Assembly (NCBI GenBank): GCA_031835245.2
Contig: JAVKOQ020000036.1
Location: 248,001 to 280,747 of the forward strand
DNA from: Balamuthia mandrillaris
Lineage: Eukaryota
Reading direction: 5' to 3'
Length of the DNA: 32,747 nucleotides
Positions within the stretch are counted from its first letter, which is position 1; the number at the start of each line of letters is the position of its first letter. This document shows positions 9,155-19,637 of this stretch, one piece after another. A program made the position numbers and the translations under genes. The notes beneath the pieces were generated by a model, which was not told the DNA's origin, ran no database searches, and saw only the letters and a program-made list of their open reading frames with translations.

Positions 9155-11448
9155 TCACAAGACATTATTCTTTTTGTTTAACCTTTCCTGCTCTTCTTCT
9201 TGCTGTTCACGTAGCTGATAGACGATGGAAGTCTGTCGGACCTCCCGGGGCGTACGAACCAACTTGCAAAGCTCGCTGCTGGGGCAGTCCTCCTCCCGCA
9301 GCTCCTCCTCAAAGGAGGCATCAAAGCCAGGTGAGGAAGCAGAGGGAGGAGCCTTCAGCAAGTTCTGCTCTTGGCTCTCGTAGTAGCCGCCAAGGAGGGA
9401 TTCCTCTGTGGCGCCTTGCCACAACAACTTTTCGATGATGAGGTCTTCCTCATCCAAAAGAGGAGCAACGGAAGCAACGTTGTTCTCTTCTTGTTGTTTT
9501 TTCCTCTTCCTTCCCGATAAACTTATCCGCGTCACGTCTTTGTCATCCATAGCATCAGAAGAAGCAGCAGTCGAAGAAGAAGAAGAAGAAGAAGAAGAAG
9601 AAGAAGAAGAAGAAGAAGAAGAAATGTCAGAATGATTTGTTGGTGTTGTGAGTGACGTCGCCGTTGTATCTACGACCTCATTTTTTGGTTGTTGCAAGGA
9701 GAACTTGAGAATAGAGGCCAATGCAGCGCGTGAAGAGGGAGGAAGCGTTTGTAACGTGTCGAGAATACGCTGCTTTGCTCTGTTGATCTTTGCTTCTCGC
9801 TGCTTCCTCTTCACCTCTCCAATGCGATATGACAGCGGAAAGAGAGGAGAGGATTCATAAAAGCAAGAATCACGTTTTTGTTGTTCAGTTGCAGATGAAG
9901 AAGACGAATTAGCCAGAATAGGCGGAGCAGATGCCGAAGTAAAAGGCTCAGAAGAAGAAATGGTTGTAGAAGGAAGAGAAGGTATGACATTAAGTTCTTG
10001 AGTTTGTTGCTGTTGGCTTTTAGTAAGCTTTTGTCGTTTATTAGACGACGCTCCACGAGATAGCACTCGCGGAATACTCGGTTCTTGTTGTGTTATTTGT
10101 TGAGACTTGTTATTGCTGGAAGAGACTCCCTCGGCTTTGGTTTTACTTTGAATGATTTCCATGTTGGACAGAATGGATGGGACGTGCGTTAATACGTTCT
10201 TGCGGGTGACAGTGTTGCCCCATGGCAAGTATTTCTGCCCTGTAAATATTGTTAAAAAACAGAAAAAGGAACGAACAAAAAATCGAAAGAAAAACAACAG
10301 ATGATAAAAGGGAAGAATTAGGATAAACTTACCAAGTGCAACCAGAAGATTCAGAATCTCGTTGTAACGCAGCTTGACGGTTGGTTCAGCAATACCAAGA
10401 CTGTCTGCCACCTCCTTCATGCTGATGTTAGTCTCACATCTTGTTATCTGCAATCCAAGAAAGATGGTGGCAGCGGTGATTGCAGCAGGATGTCTGCCGG
10501 TGACAATCCAGTCCCGTTTGGCGATGTTTGCCAAACGCAACGCCTGAAAGCAAACTTCTCTCTGTTTGTCGGACGAGAGACCGGGAAGAGTGCTGGCGGT
10601 GCGTTCCACGTAGAGAGCAGGGTCGATGTCACTGTAAGGAATCTGTAGGCGTAACATTAACCGACGGTAGGCTTTGCCCAGTTCGATCACGTTGCAAGAT
10701 AATGTGTCCTTATTTGTTTTGTTGGTAAGAAGTAAAGAAACGGACAAGGATAGAAGAAACAACAAGAAAGAGAAACGACAAAAGCAGGAAAAGGAAGAAA
10801 GGAAGAAAGAAAAAACGTACAGCAATGTCGAGGAGGGTGATCGGTTTCTTGTTTTGGCGACAGATGGAGTAGACGCAAGCTCCAGCGAGCAGCTCAGCGC
10901 TTCTGCCTTTGGTTTTGGTCTTCTCGTTGGCGCGACTCATCATCCGCTTCATTTGTTCCACGTAGGAATGAGCCAGTCCAAAACGCGAGCAAATCTCTTT
11001 CAGCTTTGTCTCTCTTTTTCTCTGCATATTTTGTAGCAGATGTTTAGAGAGGAAGAAAGAGGAAACGAACAAAGAGTAACATGTTTGATGAAAAAAAAAA
11101 AACCTACCTTTGCTTTGATCTGTCGTGCTGCCTTCTGATCTTGGCAGCGTCCAGCAAAGGTGCTCCCAAGGACGTACTGCAAGGTTCCATTGTCATCAGC
11201 CGCCACGCTCACTCCCACTGGACGCAACACATCGCCCTCTCGTTCCACCTGGCGGGTTGTTTTCAAGGCATTTTGTCAGTCGCACAACGAGAGAGCAAGA
11301 GAAAGAGAGAAAAGGTTTGAAGATGAATACATACGTGAGGAGTAAAGATATCTTTGCCCTGGACGACGGTGCCGCACCTCTCGCAAACACAGAGGCCTCC
11401 TTCGTCCACCACAAAGCCTTCACAGCCTGGCACCCGACAGCTCTCCAT
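9155..11448 (-). CDS. TFIIB-related factor, BRF2-like (Pol III TFIIIB subunit)
   Basis: Exons 11448-11335, 11248-11108, 11021-10821, 10708-10333, 10239-9155. Zn ribbon CRVPGC...CERC, cyclin repeats (GRSAELLAGACVYSICRQ; DWIVTGRHPAAITAATIFL), C-terminal SELCKLVRTPREV. Confidence 0.85.
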
Positions 11449-12387
11449 AATTCGCGGACCAGATAGATAGATCAGAAGGGCACCCGGTGGTTTCCTCTTC
11501 TTCTTTTTGTTTTTCTTCGCCGAACTTTCTTTTATCGAATAATTATCGTTGATTATTCCGGATATATTCTGATGATCTGAAATTGCAACGAAAGTTCGTT
11601 GATGCATGACGTAAGCTCTTTGTAGACAGATTTTCCTCACACCAATCATTACAGAGTGTAGGCTCGAACAGAAGAAGCGGAGAGAGGATGGCCTACATTC
11701 CCCCCAAAAGACGTCAGGGTCTGGCCGACACCGTGGTGGATCAGGGGATTTTGAGGCTCGCTTCGGAAGTGGGCAAGAAATCCCCCACAAGAACCTCCCA
11801 CAAACACGCACCTCGCAAGGTGACGTCCTCGCTCTGTCTAAAATTTCAACTTTGCAGGGGAAGGACCTCCGAGGGCTGGAGGGCAGACAAGAAGACTTTG
11901 CTCAGCGATTCACAACAACAATAACAAGCAAGACAAAAGAAGCAATCTTTAACCAAAAGGAGACATCAAGGTGTTTGGTCCAAAAAGGTAATATCGCACC
12001 TCTTCACACAATAAAGAAGCGCCCCCCGATCACTGCAACGCAAGGTTTGCCTTCCTAAACCTGGAATAGAAGAAAGAAAGAAAAAAAACTAATAACATCG
12101 GGACCTTTGCTGACTGTTTGCCAAGAGGGCACATTTGCTTGTTTGAAACAAAAATAGTATCTTGACAATAGCGAGGTACGTTTTTTTTTGGAGTATCTTT
12201 TATGCCACTTCTCTCCTTCTGCTCAACGCTATCATTTTACGAAAGAGCGGAGGAGAGAGAGATAACAAACGAAAAGCAACAAACACAAGCCATTATTTCC
12301 TTCTTTCTTTCACAGAGCTACGAACAGAATTAACGGGGAGCCAACAGCTCGTTCTACTACGGAAGACATCAACATCCGAAGCGCAAC

Positions 12388-14534
12388 ATGTTGAAACGGT
12401 CCAAACACGGCAGCAGATCGGACTTGGCGCAGGGAGCATCTTCGCCCATCTCTTCCTCCCCTCTCTCCGAAAGAAAAAGTCGTAGCAACAGCAACACCAG
12501 CTCCCCCTTGACAGAAAACCGCAACAAAGGCGGCGAAGGAGGAGGAAAGAAAACCAAGAAAGAGAAGGACAAAGGCAAAGCCAAGGAAGACGCGAGCGGA
12601 GAAATCACCAACAAAGCTAGCAAGAAGAAAGAAAAAAAGAACAAGAAGAAAGAAAGGAGGGGAAGTAAGTCCAAAGCGGATAAAGAGGGAGGATTAAAGA
12701 AGATACAGTCCAGCCCCTTTCCCACTGGCTCGACCATCTCTTCGCCAACCCAAGCCTCTTCCTCACAACATGAATTAGGCACGCTTGTGGAAGAGGTACA
12801 AGCGAAAGGCAAAGCAGGAGTGCCTCCAGTGACTCTTCTCTCGATGACCTTGTCCGCTGGTAGTCGCAGGGGCTCCTTTCGCAGCGCGCCAACCTCGCCT
12901 TCGTCTTCTACGTCTCCTTCTCCTCCGTGCCCCGATTCACCCGCGACCCCCTCCAGTCTCGCGTTTGAGACCACCCTCATCAACACAAAAAAGAAGAAAC
13001 ATAAAGAAGGCGCCACACAATCATCTTCGACAACCCCCTCGACACCGTCGATAACAAAGAACACAATGAAGACCTCAGAGCCTGAAGAGCAAGAAGAAGA
13101 GGACATGAGAACCCATGACTTTGAACGAGCTAGCGACTTGTTTAGGGCCAGTTCTGGCATCATTCGCACATCTTCCTTCATTTTACCACCAACGCCCACG
13201 TCTTTCGTCGAAGAGTGGAAGGACGAGCTATTGACCAACTGGAAGCAACGCAAATGGCTGTCCTCACCTTCCTCACCGTCAAAGCCAACATCAGGACCAG
13301 CCCCCGAAGAAGACCCTCCTGTCACCAGAAGAAGGTCCCAAACAACAGGCTCCATGAAGCCAACAATACACAAGATCCGTTTGACTTCTCTCGTTCAGAC
13401 CTTTGAGGCTGAAATAGCAACTCCCCATCGTCGCAAAGACTCTCTCTCCTCCCTTACTCAGCCCCTTCCTCTCCATCATCTTCCTCCTCATCTACAACCC
13501 AACAATGCCGCAACTCCCAGACGAGGGCGCGCGATGCAGCATCTCAGCGCAGATTTGACTGCTGCGTTGTCCACTTCTTCTTCAGGTTCCGGTTCGTCTC
13601 CTCTCCGAGTCAGAATGAACAGGTCGGGCTCCACGGGCTCCATTCGTCGTCACCACCATCACTATCCCCTGGATACAAGCTCCTCTTGGGCGTGGAGCAG
13701 CATGAGCAACAGCCTCTCTGGCAGCAACACCAGCATGCACCTATCGCCACGCATGCTAGAGCTTAGCTTGGAGATGAGCAAGGCCTATTTTCTCAACTGT
13801 ATTCTGAAGGACAAGGAGGCTCGTCGTGTCTTCATGAAGTTCTTGAGGCAGAGACATTGTGCTGGTTCGCTTTTTTGTTTGCAGCTTTTGTTTTTGTTTT
13901 TGTTTTTTTTTGTTGTTGTGAAATGTTTGTTAATATTTGTGTTGCTCAAACAAACACCAAACAGAAAACCTGATGTTCTGGGTGGATGTAGAACGGTACA
14001 GAAGGCTGGAAACGAAGGGAGAGCTCCTAACAAAGGCAAAGGAGATCGAGGAGAAATACCTGCTTCCCACGTCCGAGTTTGAGATCAACCTGACCCATCA
14101 GCAGAGGACGGAGCTGCAGGAAGGGCTGAAGGAACCTCACCCAGAAACCTTTGTGAACGCCCAAAAGTCCATCTTCCTGCTGATGGTACATGGCACCTTT
14201 GACTATTTCCTACGCAGCGAGCGTTATCGCCTGTACAAAAGTTAGTTGCCATTCTTCTTCTTCCTTTCTATTTATGTTTTCACTCAACGAGGATGCATCG
14301 CCAACAGTGAAAAAAGAAGAAGACTCAGCGGCCACTGAGAACGATCTAGAAGAGGGACAGGACGGAGCGGACGCCATCTTTCCTCCGGACGAAGAGATAC
14401 CGGTGCGCACCGCCAAACGTACCCAACGCAGGAACACAGTCGGCTACGTGCCCATGGAAGAAGGCAAGGTTCGAAAGAGGAACAGCTCTGTTTCTGCATT
14501 GGACCAAAAGGATAAGAAATGCGCGGTGAGTTAA
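12388..14534 (+). CDS. RGS-domain protein with long disordered N-terminus and possible CaaX end
   Basis: Exons 12388-13864, 13965-14240, 14308-14534. RGS motifs FMKFLRQRHCAENLMFWVDVERY, YLLPTSEFEINL, FVNAQKSIFLLM...FLRSERY; ends KDKKCAVS*. Probable 5'UTR intron ~12176-12315. Confidence 0.9.
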
Positions 14535-14641
14535 AGCTCTGCTTTCGTGTTGAAACATTTCAACCTCTGCAACGAAGAGCGGTAAACGCTAATAAAGAGT
14601 TCGTGTCGTCACGAAATAAAATTGAACAAAAAAACAAAGAA

Positions 14642-14968
14642 ATGAGCGGAAGGAAGGAGGAGGCGTTCGGAAGCTTCCGGGCCGTAGCTGCAGAAGAGGG
14701 ATCAGAAGATCGGCAACACACCTTTGAGGGTAAGCGAACGAAACTTTTATGATCATGTAAAAACAACTTGTCCTCATGGAGAAAGCTGCTCAACGCTTGC
14801 TCTCCTCTGACAACAACAGTTTTGTGGGAGATGTCCAACCTGTTGGATACTGGCCTCAGCAGAGAGAGCCTTTCCCTTGCCATAGGGTTGTGTGAGTGTG
14901 GCATCAACCCCGAGGCCTTGGCCGCTGCTGTCAAAGAGCTTCAGAGAGGGGCGCAACAACGGACATAA
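14642..14968 (+). CDS. MZT1: Mitotic-spindle organizing protein 1 (MOZART1/GIP)
   Basis: Exons 14642-14729 and 14820-14968. VLWEMSNLLDTGLSRESLSLAIGLCECGINPEALAAAVKEL matches the MZT1 signature LxEISxLLNTGLDxxTLxxxxxLxExGxNPEALAxVxxEL. Confidence 0.93.
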
Positions 14969-15374
14969 ACACTTTCTTTCCGCCGGATCAACTCGCATCA
15001 CCAGCAACTTGCCGCTCTTTTGTTCAATTTTGTTTTACCAAACACATGATCGACTCTCACCGAAAACAGCTACTTTTTTTTTTGGTATTTTGGCGGCAGA
15101 TTTCTGGAAAGGAAGGAGGAGATGACGTATCCGATTCATGCCTTTTATGGGAAAAAACAGCGTTTTCTCTGTCTGGCGACTTTTCTTCCTTCGATTCGCA
15201 CACACGCTGCGCGTTGTTTGCAGCAGGGAAAAAAAAAAGCAACAAGGGAAAAAAAAAAACAAAGTGGCAGGGGGAGGGCACTCTGTGTGGGAACCATCCG
15301 TTCTCTCTTCTTTGCTTTTCTTTTTGTTTATGCAACAACGCGTGTCTGTCACGGCAGGGCGCAGAGAAGAAGCA

Positions 15375-17116
15375 ATGGTAGGAGAGGAGAGCCTTTGTGG
15401 GTCCGGCAGTTTTGGTGAAGGAGCAAGAGCTGGGGAGGCGTTCCTGGAGCGACGGTTCAAGAAAAGCTTCGCTCCAGGGGAGGAGGAGGGTGTCACTTCT
15501 GCCAAAGAAAAAGAAATGACAGAAGTGGAGCTGTTCTGGCAAAGATACGAACTTAAAGAGGAGGCAGCTGTGTTCCAGGGCGTCCTGACTGTGGTTCGGC
15601 TGGCAGTTGATCGTTGGGCCGGAGGCTGCGTTGCCATCAAGAGCATGGACAAATCTCTTGTCAACAACACAAACAGCAGCAACAACAACAAAGCACTTTG
15701 GAGGATGCGACAAGAAGCCTCTGTGTTGAAGCAGTTGAGAGGGCATGCCAACGTGGTCGAGTTTGTGGACTTTTTAGAGACGGGGAGCCACCTCCACCTT
15801 GTGACCCGCTACACGGGTCATGGGGACCTCTACCACTACCTCTACCCTTTCAGCTCTTCTTTCCCCGTTCAATGCAACAACAGCTTCAACCACAACAACA
15901 GTTTCTCTTTGCACAACCGACAACAGTCGATCAACACAAACGTCATAAGGGTGCCAACACCAACGTTGCCTCCTCATCACTGTCATCCTCCTTCTCCTCC
16001 TTCTTCTCAACCCTCTTTCTACAACATCAACAGCAACCACAATAACAGCTTTGCACACACGTCGTTCGCACATAGCAACGGCTTTACTGGAGGAAACCTT
16101 GTAAATACTATCAACAAGTACGACAAGCACAACACCAGCAACGGTGCCTGCGAGACAGTCAGAAGAGAAGGCAAGCGGCCCAACAACAACCATGACCATC
16201 AGCAGCAACGCAGAGTGGGGCCAAGACGGCCTCATCGCTCCATGTCAGAAAGTTTGACAGGAGAAAGCAAGAGCTTTGTGCTGCCTACGTTGTCTTGCTC
16301 TCCCTCGACTGAATCGAATGTCATCGATGACGTGAAAGCGGCGCTCATCGCAGAGGAGAAAGAAGATGAAGAGATTATGATTTCTTCTCCTTATTCATCC
16401 TCCACATTACCATCATCCTCCTCAGCGCCTGAGCTGTTGCAACACTCCCACCATCAGCATGCCGAGCCTTTAGCCTTTCATCGGTCACTGGTGTTATCGC
16501 CCTGTGATATAACAACCCCAACCGTTGGCTATGAATTTCCTACTTCTTCTGCTTCCTCTCCCTCTTCGTTTCAATGCTGCGGCATCTCTCCTCCTTCTTC
16601 ATTTGAAAAGACGATCGCGATCCTTCGTGTCGCCTCTTCTAAACGAAATAGCAACAACAGAAAGAGAGCTTCCCAGCCTAATGTTGCTATCCCATTGCCA
16701 CCTTCGTCTTCCGCTGCTGCCTTTTTCTCACCTCCTCTCAATAGGATGCGAGAAGAAGAGGCGCGGCGAGTCTTTCGACAGCTCGTTGCGGCTCTTGAAC
16801 ACTGTCATTCTCACAACATTGCTCACCTTGACCTGAAACCAGAGGTCTGTCCTTCGTGTTACTTTTTCATTTTTTTGCTCTCATGGTTCTTATTTGTCTT
16901 TTTGTTGCGAGATAGAATGTATTTTTGGAAGATAAGTTGCAAGTTCGGTTAGGGGACTTCGGACTGTGCCGCCTGTTCTCAGATGGAGAGCATCCCAGTT
17001 ACGTGGACCCTGGCGGCCTCTCCCTGCCCTACTCCCCTCCCGAAATTTTACAAAGGCAGCCTTATCTTGGTCCCGAGGTGGATATGTGGAGTTTAGGCGT
17101 TTTGTGTACTATTCCC

Positions 17117-17152
<36 letters not shown>

Positions 17153-17695
17153 TCCCTCTCCTACTCTTTTCCGCTGGTGTATGTTCGCTGTTCCATATCG
17201 CTAACCATTTTTCTTTTGTTTCAACCAGTGTATGAGATGTTATGCGGAAGAACACCGTTTCAAGGAGTAAACGCAGCCATGACCATTCGCAACATCATAA
17301 TTGGGCGTTACTGCATCCCTCCATTCGTGAGCAGGCTGGCCGCCGATCTCATTCATTCCCTACTTCAAACGGAAACTTGCCAACGTCTATCACTTCACGC
17401 TGTGGCCATTCACCCATGGCTCCTTATTGAAGATGACAGCGATGTAGACCATTCCTCTCATCATCAACTCTTTCCACGATCTGTTGTCAAACCGTCTTCT
17501 TCTTTCTCATCGATGGTTTCGTTTCCAAAGAAGACAAAGATGACTTGTCACCAATCTTCTCCGCCTACAGCAGACGGAGACGAAGGAGAAGAAGGAAAAA
17601 CGCTAAGAGTGGAAGCTGATGGAATGCTGTTGTTGAAGAGTGTGAGTCAAATGCCGGATGGTTTTGTGGATGTGAAGCAACAACAAACACCATGA
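15375..17695 (+). CDS. CAMK/CAMKL-like Ser/Thr protein kinase with ~300-aa insert
   Basis: Exons 15375-16844, 16916-17105, 17229-17695. Motifs [40 protein letters not shown]. Start codon uncertain. Confidence 0.88.
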
Positions 17696-17909
17696 AGAAT
17701 CCACTGAGATCGTTGATGAGGCGCAAGTACCAAAGTAAAAAGAAACAAGCGCAGGGGTAAGTAAACTCGACGCTACAAGTTCAAAAACTGAACATGATGT
17801 ACATACAGTCTTGTAGATATTTTTTGAAGTTGCAATTGTTGTTATCCATATTGTATAAAAAAAAGCTATACTGTGTATATTTTTCACAAGCCATTCTATC
17901 TCTCCGTGT

Positions 17910-19225
17910 TTAGTGACAAAGACCTACTGTTTTTTGTTCCATTAGTTTTTCAGTAAGTAATATGAAAACATAAGCAGAGGAGAATTTCAGACAACATAGA
18001 AACGAAGGATGAAGAGAAGAGAAGAGAAGAGAAGAGAAGAGAAGAGAAGAGAAGAGAAGAAGAAGAAGAAGAAGAAGAAGAAGAAGAAGAAGAAGAAGAG
18101 AAGAAGAGAAGAAGAAGAAGAAGAAGAAGAAGAAGAAGAGAACGACGAAGAGAAGAGAAGAGAAGAAGAAGAAGAAGAGAAGAGAACGACGAAGAGAAAG
18201 AGAAGAAGAGAAGAAGAAGAGAAGAGAACGACGAAGAGAAGAGAAAGAGAAGAAGAAGAGAAGAGAAGAGAACGACGAAGAGAAAGAAAGAGAAAGAAGA
18301 AGAGAACGACGAAGAGAAGAGAAGAAGAAGAAGAGAAGAAGAAGAAGAGAAGAGAACGACGAAGAGAAGAAGAAGAGAAGAGAAGAAGAGAAGAAGAAGA
18401 AGAGAAGAGAAGAAGAAGAGAAGAAGAAGAGAAGAGAAGAGAAGAGAAGAGAAGAGAAGAGAAGAGAAGAGAACGACGAAGAGAAGAGAAGAGAAGAGAA
18501 GAGAAGAGAAGAGAAAGCTGAAGAGAAAGCTGAAGAGAAAGCTGAAGAGAAAGCTGAAGAGAAAGCTGAAGAGAAAGCTGAAGAGAAGAGAACACGGTTT
18601 GGGAGTTACTTTGTCTTTGGGCAGCGCTTCTTCGTCGTTCCTCCGCTTCCACCCGCCACACCTCCAGCTCTTTGCGTCTGCGCCGTTCCACACGTTGGCG
18701 TACGCGTGGCTGTCTCATCCTGGCAAAAGCGGCGGCCACCTCGCGGCGTGCCTCTTCCTGGTTCCTCTTCAACCGTAACTTCAAGAGAGCCTGAGAGGGC
18801 TCCACAAACGTGCAAATGTGATTGATGAGCTCCGGTGGGAGCTTGTGCAAATACGACCGTTGCTCATGCTGGTTTGTCCCTTCTTCATTTGCTCCCTCTG
18901 CCCCTTCTGTTTCGTCTTCTTTATGCTTCTCTTCTGTTTCCTCCTCCTGTTTTCCTCCCGCTTCTTCAGGTTGAGGCTGATTGGAATGGTAGATGCGCCA
19001 TATTAGAGCTACTTGCTGTTGCCGAGCCTCGCGCTCCTCCCTCAGCAGCCTCTGTCTCTTGTGGTGCCGAGCGCTCCTCCCCGCGTCTTGCGCCGCTGGG
19101 CGCATTGTTGTTGTTGTTGCTTCCGGCTCTCCGTTGGGTGCAAGACCCAGGAAGGGGAGGAAGAATAAAGAGGCTTTTCTCTTCCTGCTGCACGCATTGC
19201 CTTCAGCAGAGCTTCCATTGCCCAT
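17910..19225 (-). CDS. F-box-containing protein, possibly N-myristoylated
   Basis: Exon 19225-18610: MGNGSS..., F-box-like SYLHKLPPELINHICTFV. Tentative microsatellite-filled intron 18609-17927 (GTAACT...AAACAG) and last exon 17926-17910 (IGLCH*). Confidence 0.6.
18011..18590. repeat. Compound purine/pyrimidine satellite: (GAAGA)n, (GAA)n, GAACGAC interruptions and a 12-mer GAAGAGAAAGCT x6
   Basis: Direct inspection; about 580 bp, nearly all purine on the + strand. Confidence 0.95.
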
Positions 19226-19411
19226 TATGGGGCTGGCCTTTGCCGTATGTAAAAAGGGGTTTGGCTTTTTTTTTTGAAGCGACGAACGGGTGGTACCCCT
19301 TGCTTGGAGCTTGGATCAAGAACCTCTATTTTTTTTTCCTTCGTTGTTTTTTTTTAATCCGCACAGAGATCAAGTATGATCGACACGACAAAGAAGATCA
19401 AGGCGACGGTG

Positions 19412-19460
19412 ATTGGTTGGTCGACGTCACGCATTTCGCCACCAATCGATTTCCCATTGG
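19412..19460. promoter_or_regulatory. CCAAT boxes and CRE-like site in a divergent promoter
   Basis: ATTGG 19412, CGACGTCA 19422, CCAAT 19442, ATTGG 19456, lying between divergent ATGs at 19225 and 19638. Confidence 0.45.
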
Positions 19461-19637
19461 CCAGCTGTAAATGAATGAATGAATGAGGATAAAGAAGAAA
19501 AGGGGCAATAAAATAAGCAATAAAAAAAACCAAAGAGAAGAATTTTAACGGTTCAGTTTGTCGGGATAAAGGGACGAACTATAGCGAGCAGATTGAAAAA
19601 AAAAAAAAGAAAAGCAGAGCAAATTTAACGGAGAGCC

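Noticed and set aside
15127..15136. GTATCC as a U12-type donor
   Set aside because: Continues GATT rather than TT, and no U12 branch site follows.
18009..18693. 170-247 aa ORFs in the satellite
   Set aside because: Translation of simple repeats.
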